Shown here: piece by piece, positions 48,611 through 58,783 of the stretch | Position numbering within the stretch: position 1 is the first letter of the stretch | How the letters are laid out: each line of letters opens with the position of its first letter | Assembly: GCA_039091735.1 (NCBI GenBank) | Contig: JAWCLB010000004.1 | Coordinates: forward strand, 1 to 60,982 | Direction: 5' to 3' | From: Candidatus Aenigmatarchaeota archaeon | Lineage (GTDB): Archaea > Aenigmatarchaeota > Aenigmatarchaeia > GW2011-AR5 > JAHLMP01 | Length of the DNA: 60,982 bases | Notes under the pieces: model-generated | Databases searched by the model: none | The model's input: only the letters and a program-made list of their open reading frames with translations | Told to the model about the DNA's origin: nothing | Program-made: the position numbers and the translations under genes

Positions 48611-49684
48611 ATGGAGTCAAAATACAAACTGAAAAAGATATTAAAAGAGTTGGGAGGTATAAAGGGGCGACATACAGAGTTAGTAACAGTCTACATACCA
48701 AGCGGTTATTCTTTAAGCGAGATTGCAAACCAACTGCGTTCTGAACAAGGTACTGCTGCAAACATAAAGTCAAAGCAGGTTAGGAATAATGTAACAACGG
48801 CTTTGGAAAAAATTGTGAGGCATCTCCAGCTATATCCAAGAACACCAGAGAATGGTTTGGCTATATTTTGTGGAAATGTTTCTGAGGAAGAGGGCAAGGC
48901 TGACATAAAGCTATGGGCAATAGAGCCACCTGAGCCAATTAAGGTTAAGTTGTATTGGTGTGACCAAATATTCAGGTTAGAACCATTAGAAGAGTTTGTG
49001 AAGGAAAAAGAAATATATGGGATGGTGTGCTTGGACAAGAGTGAGGCTGATATAGCGATTCTAAAAGGAAAAAAGATAGAAGGCATTGCTCACATGGAAT
49101 CAATTGTTCCTGGAAAGACAAGGGCAGGAGGGCAGAGTAGCGCAAGATTTTCAAGAGTGAGAGAGGGATTAAAGCATGATTGGTTCAAGCGTGTTGGTGA
49201 TGCTGTAAACAAGTCATTCGGAGAGGAAAAAGGTATCATAGGAATTTTACTGAGTGGTCCTGGTCCTATTAAAGAAGAATTTCTGAAGGGAGATTATTTA
49301 CAAACAAGTATAAAGGGCAAAATTATCGGAGTCATTGACACAGGATATACAGGTGAATATGGGTTAGAAGAGACATTGGAAAGGAGCAAGGATATAATAA
49401 GAGAAGCGTCAGTAACAAGAGAAAAGAATCTGGTCAACGAATTCTTTACCAAGTTGCAGACGAGCGAGCTTGTAGTCTATGGAAGAGATGAAACGCTCAA
49501 GGCTCTAAGAATGGGTGCAGTAAAGACACTATTGCTGAGCGAGAGCTTAGAAGATGAGGAGATAGAAAAGGAATGTAAGCAATTCAACACTACGCTTGAG
49601 GTCATATCAGAAGATACAAGAGAGGGTCAACAATTCAGGCAACTTGGTGGTATTGGCGGAATATTAAGGTTTCAGATTTCTTGA
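48611..49684 (+). CDS. prf1: Peptide chain release factor aRF1
   Basis: NIKS, YWCD, RAGGQSSARF, GGIGGILRF. Confidence 0.96.
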   Translation: MESKYKLKKILKELGGIKGRHTELVTVYIPSGYSLSEIANQLRSEQGTAANIKSKQVRNNVTTALEKIVRHLQLYPRTPENGLAIFCGNVSEEEGKADIKLWAIEPPEPIKVKLYWCDQIFRLEPLEEFVKEKEIYGMVCLDKSEADIAILKGKKIEGIAHMESIVPGKTRAGGQSSARFSRVREGLKHDWFKRVGDAVNKSFGEEKGIIGILLSGPGPIKEEFLKGDYLQTSIKGKIIGVIDTGYTGEYGLEETLERSKDIIREASVTREKNLVNEFFTKLQTSELVVYGRDETLKALRMGAVKTLLLSESLEDEEIEKECKQFNTTLEVISEDTREGQQFRQLGGIGGILRFQIS

Positions 49685-49894
49685 AAGGTCAGAAAAAGGT
49701 TTCATAAAGATTGGATTTCATTTGTTGTTATCAAAAACCAAAAAATAGTTCGTGTTGATACATAAAGAAAATAATAATTAGAGATTTAAACAAAATTATA
49801 AAGAATTGAGTGAATTTTTTTGAAAGAGGTTGACTACATGCCATAAATGCATAAAGAAAATAATAAAAGCATTTGAAACAAATAATATCCTTTA

Positions 49895-50515
49895 ATGTCA
49901 AAAGAATTTTTAAGGCAAGGAAAGCTTATAGTCATTGAGGGATGTGATGGTGCAGGTGGCGAAACTCAAGTAAAACTTCTTAAAGAGAAGATGCCTGCTT
50001 GCCTTTTCTTTCAATATCCAGATTATAATAATGAGATAGGAAAGATGATTCACAGATTCTTGCATAGAGAATTAGAGGTCGATACTAACACCCAATTCCT
50101 TTTGTACGCTACTGATATGGTAAAGGATACACCCAAAGTTAAGAGTGCCTTAGATGAAGGTAGAGATGTGATAATGGATAGATATTTCTTTTCTACAATG
50201 GTCTATCAAGGACTTCAAGGATTTCCTTTAGAAAAGGCATTAAAATTTGCTGAGATGTTTGGACTCGTTAAGCCAGATTTGGTGATTTTATTAAAGATAA
50301 GAGCAGAAACAAGCATTAAGAGAAAGAAAATGGAAAAGAAAGAAAATATAGACAGATGGGAGGGCAATGTCGAATGGCAAAAAATGGTTGCTGAGAGATA
50401 CGAAGAGATGGCTAAAAATAATGTATTTGCAAAGAGATGGGTTGTTATTGATGGAGAAAGGACAATAGAGGAGGTAAATAAGGAGATATTGAGAGCAATA
50501 AAATCTTTGAAATGA
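49895..50515 (+). CDS. tmk: Thymidylate kinase
   Basis: IVIEGCDGAG (Walker A Lys replaced), MDRY..STMVYQ, KPDL. Confidence 0.88.
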   Translation: MSKEFLRQGKLIVIEGCDGAGGETQVKLLKEKMPACLFFQYPDYNNEIGKMIHRFLHRELEVDTNTQFLLYATDMVKDTPKVKSALDEGRDVIMDRYFFSTMVYQGLQGFPLEKALKFAEMFGLVKPDLVILLKIRAETSIKRKKMEKKENIDRWEGNVEWQKMVAERYEEMAKNNVFAKRWVVIDGERTIEEVNKEILRAIKSLK

Positions 50516-50521
50516 TAAGAG

Positions 50522-51175
50522 ATGAGACAATTAAAAATAATAATTTTGGGGCAGCAAGGAAGCGGAAAGGGGGCGTATGCACAGTGGCTTGTAGACAAAT
50601 ATGGCTATGCTCATATAAGCACAGGAGATTTGTTGAGAGAAGAGATAAAAAAGGGTAGTGAGCTTGGGCTAAAAGTAAGGGATATCGTAAATTCTGGAGG
50701 TCTTGTTTCAGATGAGCTTATTTCAAAGGTCCTTGAAAATAGGTTGAAAAAAGAGAAGAAAGGATTTATATTAGATGGTTATCCGAGAACCATAGCTCAG
50801 GCAAAGATACTTGAGGATTTATTATCTCGACTTAAGACAAAGATAGACCTCGTTATTAATTTAGTTGTAAGCGATGAATTAAGCATAGAGAGAATCACAA
50901 ACAGAAGAATATGCAGAGAGTGTGGATGGATATGCAATATAAAATTCATGCCACCAAAAAAACCAGGGATATGCGACAAGTGTGGCGGAGAGCTTTATCA
51001 GAGAGAAGATGACAAAGAGGAGATTGTCAAAAAAAGGATAGAAGAGTATCATAAACAGATATATCCTGTGATAGAAGATTATAAAAGAAAGGGATTATTG
51101 CATGATATTAACTCTAACAGGAATTATGAGGAGGTAGTGAAGGATATAGAAGAATTGTTAAAAAGATTTACATGA
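50522..51175 (+). CDS. adk: Adenylate kinase, bacterial type with Zn LID (paralog 1)
   Basis: GSGKG, HISTGDLLR, ILDGYPR, CRECG..CDKCGG, QREDD. Confidence 0.9.
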   Translation: MRQLKIIILGQQGSGKGAYAQWLVDKYGYAHISTGDLLREEIKKGSELGLKVRDIVNSGGLVSDELISKVLENRLKKEKKGFILDGYPRTIAQAKILEDLLSRLKTKIDLVINLVVSDELSIERITNRRICRECGWICNIKFMPPKKPGICDKCGGELYQREDDKEEIVKKRIEEYHKQIYPVIEDYKRKGLLHDINSNRNYEEVVKDIEELLKRFT

Positions 51176-51864
51176 AAATCATAATACTAGGACCGCCTGG
51201 CTCTGGAAAGGGAACGTTGAGTTTTGCAATCTCAGAGAAGTATGGGATATCTCACATAGAGGCTGGTAAAATACTCAGAGAGGAGATAGAAAATAGGACA
51301 GAAATAGGAAAAAAGGTAAAAGAAATAGTGGAGTCGGGAAGGCTTGTCCCAGACAATATAATAAGCGAGCTTGTCAAGAAGAGAATAGATACCTGCAAAA
51401 AGGGTTTTATTTTAGATGGTTATCCAAGGACAATAGGCCAGGCAGAAGCACTGAAAAAGATGACGGACATAGACCTTGTAATAAATCTCAGCATACCAGA
51501 TAAGATATTAATAGAAAGGGCAGCTGGGAGAAGGACATGCAGAAAATGTGGAGCTGTATATAACATAGCAGATATTCACGAGGAGATAGATGGAGTAGTT
51601 TATAACATGCCTCCTCTACTTCCAAAGAAGGCATGGACTTGCGATAAATGTGGTGGCGAGCTTTATATAAGAAGTGATGAAAAACCAGATGTAATTAAGA
51701 AAAGGCTTGAGGAATATAAAAGGCAGACAAAGCCACTTATAGAATATTACAAAAACAAGAATTTCAGAGATGTTCTCGTAACTGCTGGAAAGGACGAGAT
51801 GATAAAAAAGATATTCAAGATTGTAGATAGTATACTTGTTACTAAAAGGAGTGATAATTCATAA
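51172..51864 (+). CDS. adk: Adenylate kinase family protein (paralog 2, LID insertion)
   Basis: GPPGSGKGT, ILDGYPR, CRKCG..CDKCGG; start overlaps the paralog 1 stop. Confidence 0.85.
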   Translation: MKIIILGPPGSGKGTLSFAISEKYGISHIEAGKILREEIENRTEIGKKVKEIVESGRLVPDNIISELVKKRIDTCKKGFILDGYPRTIGQAEALKKMTDIDLVINLSIPDKILIERAAGRRTCRKCGAVYNIADIHEEIDGVVYNMPPLLPKKAWTCDKCGGELYIRSDEKPDVIKKRLEEYKRQTKPLIEYYKNKNFRDVLVTAGKDEMIKKIFKIVDSILVTKRSDNS

Positions 51865-52008
51865 TGCAGAATAATCTTTCTTATGAAATGTTGATGTTAT
51901 TAAATACTTGCATTTCTTGGAGATGATTTTTGATTGTAAATAAAACATTATTAAATATCATGCTTATACGCAATTAGCATCAATTGTCTTGCACAAGATT
52001 GGCAATCC

Positions 52009-52395
52009 CTATTTGCTCTTCCCTTCTATCAAAATAGCATTTACAATTCCATGCTGACCTGGTCTGCTTGTTACTCTTGCCTTTCCAAGCTCTGTTTCAA
52101 TTATACAGCCTTTGGTTATTATGTTTTGTCTCACAAGATATGGATTTGCAGGATTGCTCACTATAGACAATATCTTTACCTTTTTCGTTTCTTTACCTGT
52201 TGAAACATTAGCAAAACTATCTGAAAGTAGAACATGCTTTTCTCCTCCGCCCCTTACCCTTATTTTCTTTATTTTTCTCTCCTCTAACTTGCAAGGAATG
52301 AAATCTCTTCCTCTATCCCTGCGCTTCTTCTTTCTAATTAGTTTTAATAATCCTCCTGTTGAACTTCTTTTTGACTTTAAGTGCCAGACTGTCAC
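52009..52395 (-). CDS. rps8e: Ribosomal protein S8e
   Basis: RVRGG, NIITKGCIIETELGKARVTSRPGQHG. Confidence 0.96.
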   Translation of the reverse strand: MTVWHLKSKRSSTGGLLKLIRKKKRRDRGRDFIPCKLEERKIKKIRVRGGGEKHVLLSDSFANVSTGKETKKVKILSIVSNPANPYLVRQNIITKGCIIETELGKARVTSRPGQHGIVNAILIEGKSK

Positions 52396-52487
52396 TCAAA
52401 TCACTTCTAAATAAAATGCTAATAAAATTTTAAATGATTTAAAATAATTCAATTCGTCGCAGACAATGCACATTTTTTAATTCTATA

Positions 52488-53231
52488 CTATCTAGATAAA
52501 TTCTTTATTTTTCCGAATTTTAAAATGCCTGCATCCTCATCTACTCCTATTGCCTCAAAATCACGCAACTTGTATTTTATTCTTTCAAGCAAAGGAGATA
52601 AAAATTCCTCTACAACATTTATTTCAGTTCCATAGCTAAGGGTTGAAAATGCTGGTAAGATTATTATATTTTTTTCATTTGTCCTTCCAAATATAAAACA
52701 TTTAACTATCTCTTTTCCGCCTATCTCATCATACAACGCTATTGCCGGGTGCTCATGAGCGATTATTATATTTTTAGCTGAAATAGCCTTGAGATCTATC
52801 TCATTGTGTCCATGAGCAAAAAAATAATCATCTATCTCTAACGTCTCGTATAACTCTGCATTCAATTTTTTCGTTATATAAAAAATAAAATTATCGTGAT
52901 TTCCTTTCACTATAATAATCCTCTTAAAATTCTCCCTTAAAAAATTCAAAAAATCCTTTACCTCTTTAAACTCATGATAAGTTGTCTCGCTAAACTCGTG
53001 CTTCACATCCCCAAGCAAGATTATTTTGGTAGCATTCTTTTCCTTTATTATTTTTTTCATCATTTCTAACTCTTCTTTAAATTGCGTCTTAGGGATTAGA
53101 AATCCTTGCTCTGCTGATATCCCTTCAAAACCTAAGTGCAAATCTCCTACTACAATCGCATCCAAACTTTTTATGAACAATGCAGGGAGACTATCAACAA
53201 TTTCAATGTCATCAAAAATCTTCATAGCCAA
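52488..53231 (-). CDS. Metallophosphoesterase (Lhr-associated MPE)
   Basis: GDLHLG, LGDVKH, GNHD, HGH, HEHP, LPAF. Confidence 0.9.
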   Translation of the reverse strand: MAMKIFDDIEIVDSLPALFIKSLDAIVVGDLHLGFEGISAEQGFLIPKTQFKEELEMMKKIIKEKNATKIILLGDVKHEFSETTYHEFKEVKDFLNFLRENFKRIIIVKGNHDNFIFYITKKLNAELYETLEIDDYFFAHGHNEIDLKAISAKNIIIAHEHPAIALYDEIGGKEIVKCFIFGRTNEKNIIILPAFSTLSYGTEINVVEEFLSPLLERIKYKLRDFEAIGVDEDAGILKFGKIKNLSR

Positions 53232-55824
53232 TCCTTCTCATTATATTTTCATAAAGCTCAAGCAATCTTCTCTTCCTATCTTTCATTGTTATTATATCTG
53301 CCTCTCCAAGAATAAGCAAGCCATGAGCAAATGGAGAAGCTAAACTAGTCTCTATTACTTCATATTTTATTTTTTTATTTTTTATAAGAGAGATTATCTC
53401 TTTTGTTCTTTTCAAATCCGCTGTATCATTCAAAATCTCGCGATAAGCTTCTTTTATTATAGGAAAATCCTTATCTATCTTTTCACAAACCCTTAGCAAA
53501 GTTTCAGAATTTCTTTGTTGCTTTGATACACTTATTTTATAACCCTTGTAATTTCTAAGAACAAGGAAGCTTCTAGAAGCGCAATGCCTAAATCTTCTTT
53601 TCATTAGTTCAGTTCTTCTTATATTCTCCTTTAAAAATTCAGCAACCTCGCAAGTAATTAATGAGTTAATAGCCTTTTCTATATTAACATTTTTATCCCT
53701 TGGTATCATTATAGAAAATCCATTATCTGTTATAATTGTTGCTACATTGCTATTAATCATATCGCTTATTATTATTGCAAGCAATCTTGATAGAGCATCA
53801 TTAACCCTTCTTCCAAAGAGAGCATGAAAAACAATATGTCTCCTTCCTTGCAAATCTTGAGTTTTCTCTATTAGGATGTTCTTTCCAGGAATTTTCTTGC
53901 AGTATAGCCACTGCTCTAATAAATAGTGGTATATTGTTTTTGCAGAATTTTCGTCTATAGGATAATTTTTCAAAAGCCAAGAAATTACGTGCTCCTTTTT
54001 TTCATTTCTCGCTAAAAATCCTTTTATTTTCTCTCTAAACTTCTGTATCTCTATTGCTAAGTCAAAGCTTAAAGGCAATAGCTCAGAGAACCAATTGGGA
54101 ATAGTTGGATTCGTTTCATGAGGCATTGGTTCTACAAAACATCTTAAGCCACGAGCATATCTGAAAAGATAAGGCTTTCCTCCCAACAAAAATATATCAC
54201 CCTTTCTCAATCTTGCCAAAAACTCCTCCTCTATATTTCCAACATATTTTCCTTGAATAGTGTACACATCAATGCTAACCTCATCAGGAATTGCTCCTAT
54301 ATTTAGGAAATAAATAATTCTTGTATACTTTCCTCTTCTTCCAAAGATGTTATCAGGAGCATCGAACCATATCTTGCCGTATACAGAGCGATCCTCCAAA
54401 GAGGCATAATGGCCAGCGAGATAATGAAGTAATTTTATAAAATCCTCTTTCTCAAGATTATGATAACAATAGCTTCTTCTTATAACATCTAAGGCTTCAT
54501 CAACACCCCACTTTTTCTCGAGCGCCATACCAACAACATGCTGCGCTAGAATATCTAAGGGGTTTTTAATAACCTCAAATCTATCCAAAATCTTTTCTTT
54601 TGCGCATTTTAGCATTACGCTGCATTCTACTAGGTCATCCCTATCTAAAACTATTATTCTTCCTTTTGCTATATCCTTAAATCCATGCCCACTTCTTCCG
54701 ATCCTTTGCACAGCCCTTGTAACGCTTTTTGGTGAGCCGATTTGGACAACAAGATCTATGAAGCCTATATCTATTCCGAGCTCAAGCGATGTCGAAGAGA
54801 TTACTGCCTTTAGCTCTCCGTTCTTCAATTTGTTTTCAACATCCAAGCGAATATCCCTAGATAAAGAGCCGTGATGAGCAGCTATTTCGCTATCGCTATA
54901 ACCAAATTTTTCTTTAAGGACATGGACAATTCTTTCAGTAGCAGACCTCGTGTTTGTGAAAACAAGAGTTGTTGTGTGCGATTTTATAAGTTCGTCTAGC
55001 TTATTATATAATGCCTTGTTGCATTCCTCTGCAGAAGCTTTAAACGATGCCGGAAAAAGAGTAGTTAGGTCCATTTTCTTTTTCCATGTAACGTCAACGA
55101 TATAGCAATTTCTCAATCTTCCATTCTTATTGTATCCGACAAGAAACTTTGCAGCCTCTTCAAGCGGATGCAAGGTTGCGCCTAGGCCTATTCTTATTAT
55201 CTCTTTTTTTATTTTTTCTACTAATCTCTCTATTGCTAAGCTCAGCAAAACGCCACGCTTATTATTTGCAAGCTCATGAATCTCATCAACTACTATCCAA
55301 CTCACATTTTGCAAATGTTGAGAAAACTTTGGGGAGTTAAGAACAATTGCTAAAGACTCTGGCGTAGTTATCAGAATATGAGGTCTTTTTCTGAGCATTT
55401 CTTGTTTTTTATGTGGCTTTACATCACCACTTCTAACAGCTACCCTTATCTCTGGTATCTCTATCCCTTTCTCTTTTGCAAGCGAATTTATTTCCTCTAT
55501 TGGCACTAGCAAATTTTTTTGGATGTCATTTAGCAAAGCTTTTAAAGGGCTTACATAAATAGCATAGATGCAATTCTCCAACTTTCCTTTCTTGGCTAAC
55601 ACAAAAAGCTCAGAGATTAAGGCAAGAAATGCTGAGAGCGTCTTTCCTGTTCCTGTCGGCGAGGCTATTAACACATTCTTGTTTTGAGAAATTAACTTGA
55701 AAGAATATTGCTGCGGTGGTGTTAGCTCTTTAAACCTTCTTTCAAACCATTCCCTAACAATGCTATCTAAGCAAGCTAGGCTTTCTTCCCTACTAAAAGG
55801 ATTTTTTACAAATTTTATTGGCAT
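53212..55824 (-). CDS. lhr: Lhr-like SF2 helicase
   Basis: SPTGTGKT, YVSPLKAL, TTPESL, DEIH, HHGSLS, QRIGRSGH. Confidence 0.94.
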   Translation of the reverse strand: MPIKFVKNPFSREESLACLDSIVREWFERRFKELTPPQQYSFKLISQNKNVLIASPTGTGKTLSAFLALISELFVLAKKGKLENCIYAIYVSPLKALLNDIQKNLLVPIEEINSLAKEKGIEIPEIRVAVRSGDVKPHKKQEMLRKRPHILITTPESLAIVLNSPKFSQHLQNVSWIVVDEIHELANNKRGVLLSLAIERLVEKIKKEIIRIGLGATLHPLEEAAKFLVGYNKNGRLRNCYIVDVTWKKKMDLTTLFPASFKASAEECNKALYNKLDELIKSHTTTLVFTNTRSATERIVHVLKEKFGYSDSEIAAHHGSLSRDIRLDVENKLKNGELKAVISSTSLELGIDIGFIDLVVQIGSPKSVTRAVQRIGRSGHGFKDIAKGRIIVLDRDDLVECSVMLKCAKEKILDRFEVIKNPLDILAQHVVGMALEKKWGVDEALDVIRRSYCYHNLEKEDFIKLLHYLAGHYASLEDRSVYGKIWFDAPDNIFGRRGKYTRIIYFLNIGAIPDEVSIDVYTIQGKYVGNIEEEFLARLRKGDIFLLGGKPYLFRYARGLRCFVEPMPHETNPTIPNWFSELLPLSFDLAIEIQKFREKIKGFLARNEKKEHVISWLLKNYPIDENSAKTIYHYLLEQWLYCKKIPGKNILIEKTQDLQGRRHIVFHALFGRRVNDALSRLLAIIISDMINSNVATIITDNGFSIMIPRDKNVNIEKAINSLITCEVAEFLKENIRRTELMKRRFRHCASRSFLVLRNYKGYKISVSKQQRNSETLLRVCEKIDKDFPIIKEAYREILNDTADLKRTKEIISLIKNKKIKYEVIETSLASPFAHGLLILGEADIITMKDRKRRLLELYENIMRRIGYEDF

Positions 55825-55967
55825 AAAAGAATTATTAAAAAATATGGTTAAAAGTTTGTATTATTTTTGAATTTGCAAATCCCATACTTTAACACATTTT
55901 TATTTTTGTTCTAATATCTTAAAAGTGTAAAAAATATTTAAATACTACTGATTAATAGTTAATTGTT

Positions 55968-56918
55968 ATGAAAACGATAAAGGCTTGCAAAAATTTAGCA
56001 AAAGAGCTGTTTATAACTCAGCCAAGAAAAGTAATGCTAAGAATCGAAGAAAGCAAAAAGGTTTTAGAAGCTCACATAGACGATGACTGCAATGTAGCAT
56101 TAACAAGAGATGAAAGAAAAAGAGTCGAAACTCTAGGGCAAGAAAGGAAAGAAATGCTTAAAGAAATATTGCAGGAATTTGAAAGAAGCGGAAAAGATGT
56201 AACAATTGATAGCAATGAAATACCCCTAAATTTTTCTGCAGGGGGATTACTTCATACAAATGGAAAAAATGTAGTTGTGTTAAAAAGAGATGAAAATGCT
56301 CCAAGCTATCCTAACTATCTAACATCATGTTGTGGTCATGCTGAGAATTTAAGAGAGGTTCTATATCCAAGAATTGTGCAAGTTAGAGAGGGATTAGAAG
56401 AAGTTTTATACATAGGTGATGAGATGCTATACGTACCAGATATTAGAAATCTCTCAAAATCGTTGGAAGGAACAAGGCATTTGTCTTTTAACGAGATAGA
56501 GAAAATAATCAGAAGAATTGCGAAGCAAATAGGATTGAAGCCAAGAAAAATAAAAAGAGTAGAAGCTGAAATAATTGATGATAAAGATAGTGTAGTAAGG
56601 GTCTTTTATAATGGAAAAAAATTTTCTGAGACTATATCTAAGTTTAATATAGATCCTGAGATTGCCGAGATAGATTTGCTTTCATTACTTTATTTAGATT
56701 TTAGTTCTGTAGATTCTATTTATGATGGAGAGCTAAATTATGAAGGAAGCCCTCTTGATAGAAAGGTTTATATTGCAACTGAGAAAATTTTAAGAACTAG
56801 CGAAGGTAAGAAAATCCCTCTTCCATATTACAAATCTGGAAAAAGATTTCCACAAGAAGATATTGAATTAAAGTATGTCCCTCAACTAAAAGAATCTCTC
56901 AGATTATTTAATTTTTAA
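55968..56918 (+). CDS. Hypothetical protein with divergent Nudix-like box
   Basis: KRDENAPSYP...CCGHAE...VREGLEE. Confidence 0.6.
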   Translation: MKTIKACKNLAKELFITQPRKVMLRIEESKKVLEAHIDDDCNVALTRDERKRVETLGQERKEMLKEILQEFERSGKDVTIDSNEIPLNFSAGGLLHTNGKNVVVLKRDENAPSYPNYLTSCCGHAENLREVLYPRIVQVREGLEEVLYIGDEMLYVPDIRNLSKSLEGTRHLSFNEIEKIIRRIAKQIGLKPRKIKRVEAEIIDDKDSVVRVFYNGKKFSETISKFNIDPEIAEIDLLSLLYLDFSSVDSIYDGELNYEGSPLDRKVYIATEKILRTSEGKKIPLPYYKSGKRFPQEDIELKYVPQLKESLRLFNF

Positions 56919-57004
56919 TGCAATTTTAAATAACTTTAAAACATTTAAATATGCATTATATTAAATTTAAAGAGCAGTTTTGGTTTTTTAAAAAGGTGAG
57001 GATT

Positions 57005-57220
57005 TTGGAAAGACCAATAGATGTATTGAACAACGCTAAAGGAAAGCGTGTATTAATAAAGTTAAAGAATGGCACAGAGATTTCAGGAATTTTGCAAGCA
57101 ATGGACCTGCATCTAAACATGTGGCTGAATGATGCAGAGCAAATAACAAACAAAGAAAAGACAACCCTTGGAACAGTGTTGGTAAGGGGTGACAACATCC
57201 TTTTTGCGTCTCCTGAATAG
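57005..57220 (+). CDS. Sm-like archaeal protein (SmAP/Lsm)
   Basis: RPIDVL, G.LQAMDLHLNMWL, LVRGDNI; TTG start after GGTGA; linked to L37e. Confidence 0.92.
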   Translation: MERPIDVLNNAKGKRVLIKLKNGTEISGILQAMDLHLNMWLNDAEQITNKEKTTLGTVLVRGDNILFASPE

Positions 57221-57258
57221 CTTTTTCTTTTTAAGAAAAGCAAGAGAAGAGTGATTTT

Positions 57259-57441
57259 ATGAAAGGGACACCTTCGTTTGGTAAGCATAGTAAAATAAAT
57301 CATATTAGATGCAGACGATGTGGCAGGCACTCTTACAATATTAAGACTAGCATTTGTAGCGCGTGTGGCTTTGGAAGAACAAGAAAAATAAGAAATGAAA
57401 ACTGGAGATGGAGAACGGTAAACAGAAAAAGAAAGCGATGA
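57259..57441 (+). CDS. rpl37e: Ribosomal protein L37e
   Basis: [23 protein letters not shown]. Confidence 0.96.
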   Translation: MKGTPSFGKHSKINHIRCRRCGRHSYNIKTSICSACGFGRTRKIRNENWRWRTVNRKRKR

Positions 57442-57506
57442 AGCTTCTCAATTACAGATATAAAATACCATAACATAGTTGCTGTTCACTTATGCTTTAT
57501 TCGCCA

Positions 57507-57731
57507 GTAAACTACTACTTAGCTTTTGCGAGGGGCTCCCTGCTTTATACTTCTATCATCAGAGCGGAACTCAAGCCTCTTGGTTATCCTGATTACGAGA
57601 AGGTTTATGGTTAGCACAGGCATTTCTAAGAGTAATTCAGATATCCCTAGTCTATCTATTTCAATAGCGATTATGTCAAAGAGAGAGTATAAAGTTCATT
57701 TTATCCTTAGCTATCGCAAATGGGCTATTGG
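57507..57731 (-). mobile_element. IS200/IS605-derived miniature element (PATE-like), copy 1
   Basis: Minus strand starts CCAATAGCCC and ends AGCAGGGAGCCCC...GTAGTTTAC; alignable by eye with 58769-58976. Confidence 0.65.
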
Positions 57732-57776
57732 CAATGAAGTTAAAAAATTTAATCATATATTATTAAAAAAATTACT

Positions 57777-57863
57777 GGGTCCGTAGCTCAGTTTGGTAGA
57801 GCGACTGATGTCAAGTCGTGGCTCTTAACCAGCAGGTCGCGGGTTCGAATCCCGTCGGGCCCA
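57777..57863 (+). tRNA. tRNA-Lys(CTT) with a 13-nt intron at 30/31 (57808-57820)
   Basis: Cloverleaf with CT-CTT-AA loop; BHB GAG-CGAC-TGA...GTCG-TGG-CTC; spliced length 74 nt. Confidence 0.92.
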
Positions 57864-57874
57864 TATTACATCAG

Positions 57875-58783
57875 GTGAGAAATATAGAGCAAGAGATTAT
57901 TGCCCCTGAGCTTATTAACAAAATTGAGAAAAAAATTGGAGGTAAAAAAGCAAAGATCTTCCTGCAGATTCCTGAGGGTTTGAAATATAAAATAATCAGT
58001 ATTATTGACAAATTATCTGAATGTGGCTATGAAATTGTATTATCTGGCGAGCCATGCTATGGTGCCTGCGATATTCGCGACAAAGAGGCAGAGATGCTTG
58101 GCTGTGACCTAATATTACATATTGGACATAAAAAATTTTACAAGAAATTTAAAACAGCAATTCCTGTGATATACTTTCCTTTTGAATTAAAGGTAAAATA
58201 CAACAAAGAAGAGCTTAAAAAAATACCATACAAAAGGATTGGACTTATTTCAACTGTTAATCACGCAAGTACATTAAACAATATTTATGATGATTTGAGA
58301 AGGATAGGAAAAGAGCCTTTAATAGGCGGCGAGATTCTTGGCTGTTGGACAGAAAATGCAAAAAAGATAGAAAAAAAGGCAGACTGCATATTATTTGTAG
58401 GTTCTGGGAAATTTCACATGCTTGGCATAGAAACAGAAAAGCCATTATATTATTTTGATTTAGAAAAAAATGAAATCAGAAATGAAAATATCAAGAGAAA
58501 AAAGATATTCCAATGGAGACTGGAAAAATTGAGAAACGCAAGCTCTGTCGGAGTATTGATATCTACAAAACCAGGGCAGTTTTATTCAAATTACAAAGAG
58601 GTTGAAAACAAGCTGAAGAGGATGGGCAAAAGGGTTTACATACTCGTGATGGATAGAATCGCAGACGAAAAGCTTTTGGGCATGGATATAGACTGTTTCA
58701 TAAATACAGCATGCCCAAGAATAGTTGAAGATAGATTTGAAAAGCCTGTGATAAATGTGAATGACTTTGTGAACTACTTCTAA
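57875..58783 (+). CDS. dph2: Diphthamide biosynthesis protein Dph2
   Basis: LQIPEGLK, PCYGACD, HIGH, ILGC, STKPGQ, NTACPRI; start uncertain. Confidence 0.93.
   Translation: MRNIEQEIIAPELINKIEKKIGGKKAKIFLQIPEGLKYKIISIIDKLSECGYEIVLSGEPCYGACDIRDKEAEMLGCDLILHIGHKKFYKKFKTAIPVIYFPFELKVKYNKEELKKIPYKRIGLISTVNHASTLNNIYDDLRRIGKEPLIGGEILGCWTENAKKIEKKADCILFVGSGKFHMLGIETEKPLYYFDLEKNEIRNENIKRKKIFQWRLEKLRNASSVGVLISTKPGQFYSNYKEVENKLKRMGKRVYILVMDRIADEKLLGMDIDCFINTACPRIVEDRFEKPVINVNDFVNYF

Noticed and set aside
52488-55824. Lhr helicase-metallophosphoesterase pair as a novel defence system
   Set aside because: A well-known conserved repair gene pairing; no intein or extra partners.
57526-57786. 86-aa ORF upstream of tRNA-Lys, and the 57818 start for dph2
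   Set aside because: The first lies antisense across the miniature element; the second starts inside the tRNA gene.
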